Assembly: GCA_050084515.1 (NCBI GenBank)
Contig: CM114271.1
Location: 21,204,001 to 21,268,000 of the forward strand
Length of the DNA stretch: 64,000 nt
Source: Blasia pusilla
Lineage: Eukaryota
Direction: 5' to 3'
The notes under the pieces were generated by a model, which was not told the origin of the DNA, did no database searches, and saw only the letters and a program-made list of their open reading frames with translations. Within the stretch, counting starts at the first letter, position 1. Every line of letters begins with the position of its first letter. A program made the position numbers and the translations under genes. Positions 31,050 to 43,318 of this stretch are shown in pieces.

Positions 31050-32061
31050 CACTCTTATTTTTCATGTAATTTTATGATTGTGACAAATGTAGCATAGTCA
31101 TACGACTATGATTTTGAGCTGCAATTGGCATCTACGTTGCGACTCTAAAGTGTTGTTTTATTACACTTTCAAACAATCGGAATGATTGGAAAATCAACTC
31201 TAATCCAAGTGCAACCCAACCGCCTAATACTTGCATTTGGCTTGCAAAGAGTGTATGACTTCGAGTTTGCATAGTTTGCAAATAAGTTTGCAAAAAAATA
31301 GTTATAAAGTAGTGGTTTTCTACATTGGTAAGCTAGTTTTTTTTCTACTCTTTTTGCATGCTCCTTTTGAACTCATTTTTGGGTCTATGAAATACTTTTT
31401 CATGGGGGATTTGGCTTCTTCCAATTGTTTCTTAAGGATGGATTTTTTCCTCCTTCATTTCAAAATTTTCGGAAGAAAACATGGGAGATAATGGACTTCT
31501 CTCATCTACGTGTCCCTCAACATAAAGAAAAAAATCCTACCCAATTAACATTTAGAGTTAGCTCCACTATAGAATGAAAGGGTTTGCAAAGTGAGGAAAG
31601 GAGTCTTGGCAACTCGGAGGAAAAGGGAAAATGAAGTGGATTGGAGGCGGGAGGGGAATTTATGACCAAGAATTCTATGATGCGACTTGCAAATCTTAAT
31701 TTGCAAGTCTCGAGACTTACAAAATAGTTGAAATTTGTGATTTCTAACACTTGTAAAGTAGTCTCAAGTTATGAGTCTCGGAATTTGCACTTTATGAGTC
31801 CGCACAGTCACATTTTGTGACTCCAAGATGATTGATAGTTGCGATGGAATATATGGATATCTTGCGGTTGTCTTGCGACTACGATTACTAGTAAATCAAT
31901 TGAAAGTTTTGGGACTTGCCAAAAAAACGAAAACTCACAAGTTGCAAATTAGTTGCACGAACTGCACTTGCAAATTGTATTAGCAAGACACTTGTAAAGT
32001 AGCCTCAAAGTTGATAATTGGAATCACGACTCAACCACAAGCAAAATGACAACCCCTAGTG
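31050..32061. repeat. Inverted second copy of the 25.2-26.9 kb repeat family
   Basis: Reverse-complement similarity to 25707-25875 and the same ttgcaagt-type motifs. Confidence 0.55.
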
Positions 32062-33973
32062 GTGCCCATACTAAGATGAAAAGTAGAATGAAGAGAAGGT
32101 TTTAATAATTCAATTAATTCCTTTAAGAAAATTTACATTTGACAAGTAGGAATTAGTAATACAATTAAATTGTAACTGAAAAAGATGTCATACAAAATTT
32201 CAATCGTCCTAAGTCTTCCTCATGTTCATTATCTTTGGAAAAAAATAGAACAGTAGGATGAGAATTATTCTTCAAAATGATGAGATCAATGCTTTTTCTT
32301 CTCTACTTTTAATTTTCAAGCTTGGTTGGGAGGAGAATTTAAATTCTATTTTAGAATTAAAATGAGTGATTTTATTTGTCACTACTAATAAATAAATTTA
32401 GTAGTAACTTTTCATTATTTATAATAAATAAACGCGTTTGTTAATTGAGAGAAGGCAAATGGAAAAGGAAACAAGAAAATTTCTATATCAAGCAAGGGAA
32501 AAGACATTTTTTTCCAGATCTAAGATAGAAACCCATTCTCATCAATATTCAAGCAAAAATTAACTTTTGCTATTTTTTGTCATCTGTTAAATTGCAGAAA
32601 TTCAGCATGTGCCAAATGTCACATGACTTCACATCATCATTGTCCACATGTTTTCATTTCCAACCATTGACCTAGTGCATAGCATGAGCCACAAACAAAA
32701 ATGCTAGTGAAGGTCTCGTGCAATCTTGGAGGTGTGTTAGCCTCCCAAACTCCCAAATGTGATATTTTTCCAATCAATTTTATTTTATGAAAATAGGAAA
32801 ATATGTTCCTAGAATCTAGAAATAAAAGAAAAAGTAAGGTGTGCAGTTTTCCTAAAAATTTGGGCAAAATTGGATGAAGTATTAATAAAAATTAAGTTAT
32901 TATAAAAATATGGTCGTGTTAATTAGGGACTCATATTTCAAACTGAAATATTAAAAGAATCGTTTGGTGCTACGAATAAATAAGGAAAAACTACCCCCGG
33001 TACTCATAACAAATCTGGACAAAATCAATCAGTTTGAATGATGGATAAAATAAACTTTACATGGTTGGAAATAAGAGATTGCGGGCGTGAACTATGCCAC
33101 AAGGTGCATTTCAATATCATAGAAAAATAATAAATACGACGTGATATTTGTCGATAAACTATCTCCATGGGACTTGCAAAGGTGCGGAGTTTCCACGCGC
33201 CCACCTCGAAACGCGCGGAAAAGAGGCGGCTTTGCTGAGGCAGGGCCGCGGGGGTCTCTGCAGAGTTCCGGAAGAGGCAAAACGCGGCGAGCGGTGACTG
33301 GAGCGCAGCGTGTCCGTTGTCCCCGATGTATGTTTCCTCCGATGCAGCGCTGCCTCCTGTGGACCTGCGTCCGCCGGTCGCATCGCGCAACCAGAGCATG
33401 CGTGAGCAAGACGCTGCGGGTAGTGCGCCGCAAGGTTGACGAGCCCTCGCCTCCTCGCAGCCCCGGAGGCCTCCAGCCGCGGAATTCCATGCCCCGCAGG
33501 TGCCGAGCGAGCGATGAGCGTTTATCAGTGCGACAAATGCGGAGTCGAATGCTTTCCGGAAGCCTCCTCGATCTGCTCCAGCACTTCTTCCTGAGGTCGT
33601 GTCACCGGCTGCTTCTGGTCATGGTCTGTTAGGTCACAAGCATCTGAGGAAATGTATCGTTATCTCGTTACTGTGGGTGGAAGAAGATACTCTATCCGCA
33701 AGAATCATTCATGAAAGTGGAAGATACTGCTGCAGCGGTGGGGCCCTTGCTGGTGCGTGGGGTGGCTGACTGACTGACTGACTGTGATTCGTCGTGCTAT
33801 GTCTGACTTCGAGCTTGATCACCTGTCCCACTTACAAGCAAGTTCTCGTGAGTTTGGCTTTGGCTTGGGGTTGATCTTTACTGCTGCAGCGCAAGTCCGG
33901 AGGGCGAGACGAGACGAGACAAGAAGAGAGGTGAGGAGTTTGGTGGGGTGAATGTGAATGCGAACCTGTAAAT

Positions 33974-35341
33974 ATGGCGACACGCACCAAGAAGCTCGGG
34001 CCTCTGGTCCGAAGGCGAGATGTGGATTCTTTCCTAGGCGGTCCGGGAAGGAGAGCGCTACGAATGCAGCATTGCGGGGAGAGCCTTGGTGGTGGCAGGT
34101 TTGAACTGGCTCGGTCAAGGAGGCTGCAGGGGCTGGAAAGGGGTCATGAAATCATGGATAGCATTGAGGTATGGGAGAACCAGCGAGAGGAGGGGCGCTT
34201 ACTAGCAGGGGTTCCGGATGAGATCACTCTCGATCACATTCTCACGAAACTGCCATGGACGATGCTGTATACCCTCTCGGTACTGAACCGCGCCTGGCGC
34301 GAGGCGGTGATAAGCAGGAGCGTCTATAACGCGCGAGTGCGCACCAATTCATCCCAGACCCTCGTTGCCATATTTCACGAGCCGCCAGCATCTGTCATTT
34401 TGACCGGTCGAAAGATGGCTATCTCTGTCTACGATCCGTCGACAGATAGGTGGCATCTCCTACCTCCTATTCCAGATGTTCGCAGTGGTATACCGAGCAG
34501 CTGCGGCTGCGTCTGCTTGAATGGTGAGCTCTACATCTTGGGAGGCTACGACGAAAGCAAGGGGTGCGAGAACTGGGTAGCCAGGAATCAAGTACACTCC
34601 TTCGATATCGGAGCCGCTCAGAGGAACTGGAGGCAACGTGCCAGTATGCACAGCAAGAGAATCAACTTCTCTTGTGCTGTGAAGGATGGCAAGATCTATG
34701 TGTTTGGAGGACAAGCCAGCTTTCGAGGCGTGTTCTCCGAAAAATCAGAGGTGTTCGATCCCGAGCAGAATTCGTGGCATTTCATCGCACCCGTGCTTCA
34801 CCATTGCTTAGGCAGGAAAGCAATAGTGGTCGGAGACGATATTTATGTGCACGGTGGAAACTTCCATAATCAGCTCGAGGCGGATTTCGCTGAAGTGTAC
34901 GATACCCTCAAGGATCAGTGGAGGGAGGTGAAGAAATTCACTCATCCCGAGCAAAGCATCAGATCAGACAGATTGGTGGTGGTCAATGGCAAACTCCATG
35001 AAATCTATGGCAATTACTTGCTCGTGTACGACGTGGCATTGAATTCGTGGAAAGCGATCCAATGCATCTCGTGGGATGTTCTTGAGCGATTTGAAGCCAA
35101 CCATTTCCGTGCTGACGAAGCTGTCACTGTTGATGGCCAACTCCTCTGTCTTGGATGCTGGAAGAAGTTCAGGATTCGCAGGACGGAGTACGGGATGCAG
35201 CAGATGATACTAGGCATGGGGCAGATTCTACTCAAAAGCAAAGGGCTGGGTTGCAGAGATCGCATACTCGACTGGGAGATCGTCAACTGTCCATACTCCT
35301 TCTGGATAATGTCGTATTGCCTATGTCTCGTTAGGGTTTGA
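33974..35341 (+). CDS. F-box/kelch-repeat protein, intronless, up to 455 aa
   Basis: F-box LLAGVPDEITLDHILTKLPW...LNRAWREAVIS; kelch blades GELYILGG, GKIYVFGG...EVFDPEQNSW, DDIYVHGG...EVYDTLKDQW. The true start may be a later ATG (34064 or 34154). Confidence 0.92.
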   Translation: MATRTKKLGPLVRRRDVDSFLGGPGRRALRMQHCGESLGGGRFELARSRRLQGLERGHEIMDSIEVWENQREEGRLLAGVPDEITLDHILTKLPWTMLYTLSVLNRAWREAVISRSVYNARVRTNSSQTLVAIFHEPPASVILTGRKMAISVYDPSTDRWHLLPPIPDVRSGIPSSCGCVCLNGELYILGGYDESKGCENWVARNQVHSFDIGAAQRNWRQRASMHSKRINFSCAVKDGKIYVFGGQASFRGVFSEKSEVFDPEQNSWHFIAPVLHHCLGRKAIVVGDDIYVHGGNFHNQLEADFAEVYDTLKDQWREVKKFTHPEQSIRSDRLVVVNGKLHEIYGNYLLVYDVALNSWKAIQCISWDVLERFEANHFRADEAVTVDGQLLCLGCWKKFRIRRTEYGMQQMILGMGQILLKSKGLGCRDRILDWEIVNCPYSFWIMSYCLCLVRV

Positions 35342-37579
35342 AGATTTGCTCAGATTTTGCGTCACTGGTCTGATTTGTTGCCGGGGTTGTCGGTTCTTGC
35401 TCGCACTATCGAAGATCTTGCATAGGTCTAAGTACTAGGGATTTCCGTCCCCTCATACTATGTGAATGTGGCACTTTGGCCGAAAGTGTCAACTTCGCTG
35501 ATTTTTTTCTTCCCATTCCGCACATGTAGTTCTGCTTTTGTAGGGTATCGTACCCACTCGGCGCACCAGAACGTAGGTCCTGAAGTCATGGGAATTAGCG
35601 AATCACAATTCTGCGATGGACATAGAATGAAGAAGGCAAGTCCAACTCGCAGCGTCCACACTCCTTTAACTCGCCTTCCGATTCCCTTGCATATGACCAT
35701 GTGGACCTCACAATTCTAAGGCGGTGTAGATATGCCACAGATATTATGAAAAATAGCTATGGATTCATCTCTTGTGTGTCTCCATTTCTAAACGTTTCTC
35801 TTAAACTCTCCAGCGACCTGAAGACTAGGGATCGCCACATACTCCAGTTTGGCATTCGAAAGAGGACGCCGCTTCCAATCTGGCCATCTCATACGTAAAT
35901 CGTCTCACATATTGACGTGCAAGGAATCTATGTTGGATCTTGGATTTTATGCCGGTAACCCCACATTTCTGTCCTCATCTTCGTCGTGAGTACCCGCTCC
36001 TTAACCACGTACTCACCGAACACCTGATGTTCTCCGCACATGGATCATTACTGCATGTGGTCCTCTATATCAGTAGCACAGTATCTCCTGCGAAGGTACA
36101 GTCCCATGAGGTTAGTAACTCCGGCCACGAGTGAAGGCGTGGTTTGTGTGACTTCCCCCGTAATTTCAGACAACTTCAAATCTTCAAACAGCCAAAGACG
36201 TCAGAGCGGACGAGAGAGTAGTAGTGGTGCCTACGTAACGCAACGCCGCACCTGTGGTTCGGGCTGTAACGTTCAGGAACTAGCTCACATCATAGTACCT
36301 ACGATAGCGAGCGCCGCGACCCTCGAGGGCAGTTTTGCGATAATCTGAGGATGCGAACCGTAGCATCTTAAACTTTATGATACGGTGTGCACACGCCATG
36401 GTCGTCGGCAATCCCTGAATGGAGGTGTTAGCGTCATGACCTGGGAAGTGGGAGCAGATGCACGGGGATCTCCAACTACTCGGCTCTTTAAGGGAATCCA
36501 TGTTGCGCAGGTCCCAAGGTGTCTGCTATGGAACTATGCTTTCCATCTTAGCTAGTTGAACTCCGAAGTTTTTTTCCATGCGTAAAGTCACGGTGTCGGG
36601 GTGCGCTTTCGTGTTTCGCTTTCAGCTTTAGCTTTATCCTTCAATCCCTTCATCATGTCGACGACGCCTTTACCTCCCTTCCATCTCATTCTTTGCATCA
36701 TTACGTAAACGGCTCCCCGGGTCCCCCTTGCCTTCGAGCTATAGTTGACCCCGCATTATAGCTACAGTCTTCGATCAGACGGACCGGCTTCAAATCGAAA
36801 GGAAGCGCGACGAGAGGCAACGTTGCATGTCTCGGGCAGGGCGGTGAATCTCGACTTTGAATTCGGCGCCTTATTGTGTACATTACTGGCTGTTACCTCA
36901 CTCAATTGCAGCATGGTGGTACCCGCATGCACGCGCGCAAAATAGGAGCTCGCATCGCTCACGGTTGCTCTGGTCTCTCCAGGCGTCGCGTCCTCCTCCC
37001 GATATTTCCCCCTCGTCCGCATGCTCCACCTGGAAGTCAGCCTGGTGTTTGCATTTGCGATCGATTGACACTCCAAAAGAACGATAAGGCACCTCCAGCG
37101 GCGTTCGGAACAACTACAACCGCAGTTGGAAAGTCGCTGTGACGAAGTGAGTGAGCTAGGATGTCTGTAATGACACGGAAGTCACTGCAGTAATCATCTA
37201 GGTAGACAAATATGGATAAGCCGCGGCAATGAGAGGGAGTTCCAGATAAATCTCTGGAGATTTATCTTTGTCATCGACGCACAGGCAGATCGCACCTCGA
37301 TGAAGATGTGCGACTAGCGCACGCTGCCGATTAACTAGCAGAACTAGCAGACCAGGGATTGCGATTTCTCCGCATTGGAGTCGTTTCCCAGAGCAGCGTG
37401 TCGTATTACAGGTTCTGGAGGACCGCCCAATTGGATTGGAAAGGGATGCTTCTTTTGCTGCAAGCGCGCGTAGGGAAGAGCAGTCTCGAAACTTTTGGAT
37501 TCTCAGCACAGTGGAGAAGCAAGGGATGAGCAATTTAAGACGTAAGCGTTCCTGCCCTGACGGGAGATTCTGTATGGTG

Positions 37580-37775
37580 AAGAGAGAGAGAGGAGCAGCG
37601 CGAGGATGAGTGGGGAAGGGAGTGGGGAGCAAATTAATAACGAGGCGTTCCTGACTAGCCCGCGAGATTCAGAGAGAGAGAGCAGCGGGAGGATGAGTGG
37701 TGAAGGAAGGGGGGAAGCAATTTAATAAGGAGGCGTTCCTGACTAGTCCGCGAGATTCAGAGAGAGAGAGAGAGA
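37580..37775. repeat. Two-copy tandem duplication, unit about 90 bp
   Basis: gagcagcg.gaggatgagtgg...attaataa.gaggcgttcctgactag.ccgcgagattcagagagag occurs twice. Confidence 0.85.
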
Positions 37776-37846
37776 CGGTACTCATTAAGTAGTGCCTGTC
37801 TTAGCCTTGCGACCATAGACCCCGCGCCCTGGTTGGACGGTGCTTG
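37776..37846 (-). mobile_element. About 70-bp retroposon unit (3' end of the LINE at 957-1400) inserted in a (GA)n tract
   Basis: Reverse complement caagcaccgtccaaccagggcgcggggtctatggtcgcaaggctaagacaggcactacttaatgagtaccg is nearly identical to 1334-1403, with GA repeats on both sides. Confidence 0.85.
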
Positions 37847-38837
37847 GAGAGAGAGAGAGAGAGAGAGTGCAGGCAGCGCGAGGGTGATAGAGATCGGAGA
37901 AGTCCTTCGGATCTCACCCTGTACACGTGTACAGCATTGCGTTTTAAATCTTCGTGCAGGCAGCAGCTGGAGCCTTAGAAGCAGATTCAGAGAGTTGACA
38001 GCACTCTGCGAGGAGTATATAGCACGTCCAAGAAAGGATCATTAAGCTCGGCCGAGTGCGCGGAATTTCTTGTACAACAAGCAGCGCGTAAGGTTGGATA
38101 GACCGCGAGGCGGAGAACGCCGATGTCAACTACAGTATGCGACATCTGATGACAATGGATTCAAACTGATTTACGTCGTCAACTACGTAGAGCAAATATC
38201 CAGGCGATGAATCTGAACGGGAAGGACGCTGAACTGTATTGCGAGGATTCTTGTCGAGGTAAAACTGTCAATAACGTCCAAGAAAGGCTGATGTCCATGT
38301 ACCAATTAGCAGTCTCTTTAATTTGCAAGCGGATGGGATATTGCAAATTAGCTTTAGTTCTCATATTATCTGGAAACGTGATGACAAAATCATGACTGAT
38401 ACTCACCTAGTTTATAGATCGATCTGGTAGTTTTAACGTTTTCGTATGATCGCACTAATAGATTTAGATCTGCCAATAAATTTATTCTCTAATGTCGTTG
38501 ATACAGTGCTAGATCTTGGAAGGAAATTGGAGTCGACATGATTCTTCGAACTAGGACTGGGCGCAACACAGCTCCTACGCTAGCTAGGCTGCCGTTATTG
38601 CCATATTCTAAAAACTCATTTCATAAATCTATTTGAATTGCAGTGTGTTGAACAGTTTTGCAGTCTATCTAGTCTTACGTTGTATGGAATTTCATGGAAC
38701 AACTCTTGTGGACCAGGTCGAGGTCGGATAATCCTGTCTGGCAGGCGTCTTGAACAACGAATGTTAAAAGGAAGCCATTTGACAAGGGGTCAACAACGCA
38801 CTATGAGCTTCTCGTAAGAAACAACAATTTGACATGA

Positions 38838-40546
38838 TTACATTGCCGTGAGTCTAGTTGTTCCACTCGCTTTCTCTTCACGGCCTTTGACTGTGGCAGG
38901 AGATTTTCCGGAACGTTTGTAATCTCTGATCTGCACACCCGCCATGGACGCAAAGTTCGTCATCGATTAATAGTCGACTCTAGAATTTCAACCGTGAAGG
39001 TCTACTACAGTGCATAGATCTCTAATCCATCGGCTTAGATCGCTGATTTTCACGCAGGATTGCAATAATTCTTGTTACAGTTTTCATAAGATGCTGTAGA
39101 ATTCCATCTGCAAGTTCAAAGGGCAGTTGAGAAGATTTGTGGAATAAAGCAGGCGGAAACGCAGAGACAGGTCACGCACCAGCTTAGCATAGTACTTCTG
39201 TGCATGCGTTCGGACTTGAGTGGAACTGCGCGTTCCTACGAACTTTGCTATGGCCGTAAAGTCTGTACCAAAGCTGTACCATGCATGAATGTCTCACTTG
39301 TTATCGACATGTGATCCGGACGCTATCAGTCTTTAAAGATTTTGCCAATAATACTCTACCGATTGTACGCCGAGCAATTGAACGTTAGTTATAAATTCAG
39401 TGCACAAGGCAAGGCAGCTGCGGCGGAGTTCTACTCACGTCTTCAAGGCTTTCTTGAACCGTTGCCGTTCTTCATTGGTCCAGTATCTGCTTTCCGAGAC
39501 CTGTTGCCAAAAGAAGGATGCGGTTTCGCGGATTGTGAGTTAAGCTTTCTTCATAACGATCTACCTTGTAAAGCTTGGGTGCTGAATTGTGATTGCACAG
39601 CGTTCAATGGAGCGCAAATCAAATGTGGTGCTTCGGATCCGAAAATTCTGATCGATGCCAGAAATTTGACCAATAAATTTTCTCGATACAGCCATCTGCG
39701 AAGTACCTTGCTTTCAGGCGACGAGGTCTCCCGATGCTCTTGAGCTCTCAACACTAAGATCTGCAAAAAGCATCCATAATCGTACTTCAAAGCTCAGTCT
39801 CAGCTGGTGTCCAGGCCTAGGACCCCCAGCTTCTATGTACAAGTGCACACACAGACAAAGATGAGGGAGCGGCTAGCTCGTCCAGTGCTCTGCAGGTACT
39901 CCCCAGATTATTGTTGGAAGATAATGATATAATGGATACTAGATAGAATTCTTTTTTATTGGTAACATTTAATTTCAAGTGGACGGAAATCTGACCGCGT
40001 TCACCTGACAGTGAATACCTTATGCCTTCATCGCAGATTCTAAGCAATGATCAAGCAAGCAATACATGATCAACTCGGCTCAAGGAGACAAATGCACTCA
40101 TGCGATCATTGGAGTGCTGCCGCTTGTAAGATGTGATTGTGAGACGCTACAGACGTTTGGGATCAATCTGTGCGCGAGAGGTGTGAGGTAATTATTCTCT
40201 CAATTTGAGCATGAGTACTGTGCATCCGTCTCGCTGCTGTTCTTAAAGTGTTTGGATGGATGCTCTCCTGTAGATTGGGGTGGTGAGTTAGGATGCTTTC
40301 GTGTACGTCTCATGGTTTCGTCCCGGCGCTCAAGCACTTAGCAGTAGAGAAATGAAAGGGGGCAAGGCGAACGATAAACTAAAGACTCGTGCAAAAGACC
40401 TTCTGTTTGGCTTGTTCAAGCTCTTTCTCGAGATGCTCCAGTTGTTGCAAACCCAAGGAATCCATCTGCATAAACTGCTGTTCGGGACCAGCTTTCACGC
40501 ATGATCTCGCGGAAGATGCCATTTGCATTGCGTCACTCTTATCCAT
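38838..40546 (-). CDS. Small single-repeat MYB-related (SHAQKY-class) protein with N-terminal coiled coil, about 149 aa, 5 exons
   Basis: Exons 40546-40400, 39760-39707, 39500-39439, 39273-39180, 38930-38838 (450 nt, GT-AG, phases consistent). Protein: ...MDSLGLQQLEHLEKELEQAKQKILVLRAQE...SRYWTNEERQRFKKALKTFGTDFTAIAKFVGTRSSTQVRTHAQKYYAKLIRDYKR... The start has gccATGG context, but further upstream coding exons cannot be excluded. Confidence 0.88.
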
Positions 40547-41979
40547 GGCTGTGTGATCGTCTTCTGCCGAAGCTCGGAAGACCTGACGATCTGTATGCAA
40601 CTGAGGCCCAGCCGGTACTGCTATCGCCGTGAAGGTACTTGATCGGGTCATATGAAGACAGCAACCGCAGTGAGGTCGCTTGCAGTGCAGCAGCAAATCC
40701 AGCTATTACAGCCCTGCCGCTCTGCCACTGGCTACCACCGGAGCCCTCATTTATCCATGGCTTCAATCTCTCGTTCAGTAGCTCACAGTATTCTTCTTCT
40801 TTTTCTTCTCATTCCTATGTAAATTGCTCGAGAGCAGTCAACCTCTCAGCAATGGAGGTTCCACCACACGGCATCGTGACCTGGATTCCAAGCATTCGAG
40901 TCTGGCCTGGAGACGAGTAGCCGCCAAGTGCACAGCAACATAATCCACGCAAGTCCACAAGGAATCCCGTCTTCTGATTCCAATCCCTCTCTGCGCCTGC
41001 CACTCTTCCCGCCTTCCTGCCTGTAAGACCTTTATTATGATCCTAGATGCAGCGCACCGTCTTCACTACTTACTTACACCGGGATGCATCCGAGAAGAAC
41101 ACATTCAGAGCAATCCGAGAGGCGTGCAGGGTTTGCCATGATCTTGTTTCCACGGCTTGCAATAAAAAACATCGACTAGGGAGGGAACGAGATGTGCGCG
41201 GGCTTCAGCGGTCTCCTGCCACGCAAGCTTTCAACTGCTTGTTTGCCACTGCAGTGCCACCTTGGCGCTTCTCGGCAGTTATTAAGACCACTGGGCAACA
41301 CAAAATACGAACGGATAATGCGAGCGAGCTGCAACTCGAGAGCGCAGGGAAGAAACATTGTCAATAGGTTTCCTCGTCACTCAAGTGACGACGAATCATC
41401 GTTCTAGCGCTGTTCTCCTTCCGACGACAACAAGAAGGTTCATGCGGTTAGCAATCCGCCCGCTCCCGTCAAGCTGGACATCGCTGCAGAGGATTTAATC
41501 CGATAACACGGCACGCTTCCAGAGATCTCAATCTTTCCACGCCACTAAGTGTAGCCTCTTGTGCCTTGTCTAATCAGTCCGTCCGTCTGTCGGTGGAAGA
41601 TTGATTGCAGAAACATTTGCAGGGGGTTCATGGTAACCGAGTACCATCGCATGAGACTGGCAGGTGTAGTTTGCTTAGTCTCGACTGTTGAATTACCTTG
41701 TAACGTATGGTTTGCCTCCCTCTCGGTTCATTGAAGGGTCCACAGAATAATCTGACCTCCACGTCACAAGTGCGCGGCGTAAGCTAGACGTTCTGACTTT
41801 TACCGTAAGTACCGATTGTCACCGGAAGTAACTGGCCTGAGTAAGCACATAGGGCGTGTATTTCAATTATCGCCTAGCCGTAGGTATGGAAATTAATTAT
41901 TAATTACGGCATTCCATATGTTTTTTTAAAACTTATACACGTGTTATAATTGTTTCCTCCCCACCCCTCTCAAAGGTTA

Positions 41980-42928
41980 CTAGTAAGGTGCAAGTGTTAT
42001 GCACGGGTGTAGATTTATAAGAGATTTGTTTCAAAAATTATTCTTTTATCATGAAAATAGAAAAAAATGTTTAATTTTTGGTCATGCAAAAACTTTTTTA
42101 TACTGCAACGCTATGGAGACCCGCTGCCTACAATACAGAATCGCAGTAGCTAAGGACAACCCATTTCTCGAGTGGAGATGATGGGCGCAGTCCGTAAGGA
42201 ACGAGTCGAACCTCTCCCCCATAGCCCCATACATCTCTATGGCCAGGGGGATGAAGATGTGTCCCTCGTGTAGTCGACTGTAGATATGTGTCTTCTTCGC
42301 CGCCGCCGCCGCCGCCGCTCCTTGTAGCATTCACCCTTGGGCCACCACTTGGGCTCGCAGACCGCCTCCGCGTAGGATCTCGTGGACTACCACGTCCGCC
42401 ACAACCACCTCGGCCTCACGTGTCATGTAGAGATCGGCACGAATGAGGGAATCCCGCATGGAGTAGTGCCTCTCTCTCACATGGAAGCCACTCTCCCGAG
42501 CAATCATCGAACATGATATCCCGCCTTTGCATCGTGAGTGGCTATCCTCTCACCCCAATCGACAGCGTGCCAAATGCACACCAAGTGGATCCAGGCTCCG
42601 GCGACACTCGCAGTGTGTCGAACCAACCACCGATGGTTGGGGGAGGCCCAAGCGGAACCGCATCGCTGTGCAAGGGCAGACGGAACTTCGTTCATAGTAA
42701 AAGGGCTCTCGCAGTCAATTCAGTACTCTTGTTAGACTAGGCCCACCCCATCTCACCTGTTTTTAAAAATATTAAAAATTAAATTAAAATTAGTAGGCAG
42801 CTTGGGACATGCATTGTTGACTGAAGAGATTAATATCTTATACACAAAATCTAAATTTTTTTGTCTACACACAAATTTTATTTTTTGTTGCTCGAGAAGG
42901 GGAAAATTTTTCTTGTATATAAGATAGA
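41980..42928 (-). mobile_element. Probable non-autonomous Helitron
   Basis: The minus strand starts TCTATCTTATATAC and ends cccgtgcataacacttgcac cttaCTAG|T. AT-rich arms surround a GC-rich LINE fragment. The 5' flanking base is not the expected A. Confidence 0.5.
42103..42700 (-). mobile_element. CRE-clade non-LTR retrotransposon fragment (zinc knuckle and restriction-like endonuclease)
   Basis: With frameshifts: MRFRLGLP...HCECRRSLDPLGVHLARC..GERIATHD...ARESGFHV...RADL...VVADVVV...HIFIPLAIEMYGAMG...RQRVSIALQ, the C-terminal signature of CRE-type RLE elements. Confidence 0.8.
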
Positions 42929-43318
42929 AAACATTTTCTCATTGTCCGTAGGCTAATGGGATTTTGCGGCGGGCTCAGGCTGTGGGAGACGCCGGCGCTA
43001 GAGGCCCACTTAGTAGTAGTCATAGCTCTCTTGTTGTTGCTGATATTGTCTCTGCTGTTGGTGAGTTTCGTCGTTAGGGGGAATGCCCCCTTCTTCCTTT
43101 TCTGGTCCTGTTGTGGCCTTCAGGTTTTGACTCTTTGAGTCCCCCTCTTTTGTATTTCCGATGGGTTTTCCATCACTCGTTTTTATCGAAGTGCATCTTT
43201 CTTTCCCTGGCACAGGTTCTAAAGAAGAAAGAATTACCTGGACCACAATGATGACAACATGGAGAAGACGACAAACGCTCGAACAAAAAGAGTTACCTGG
43301 AAGCGCCGTCACGGCCAG

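Noticed and set aside
33025-33632. Overlapping ORFs on both strands upstream of the kelch gene
   Set aside because: GC-rich promoter/5'-UTR sequence with no recognisable protein features.
35400-38700. Numerous 60-144 aa ORFs between the kelch and MYB genes
   Set aside because: No conserved motif and no consistent exon chain found; a non-coding transcript cannot be excluded.
43191-43212. Resemblance to miR408
   Set aside because: Too many mismatches and no complementary star arm nearby.
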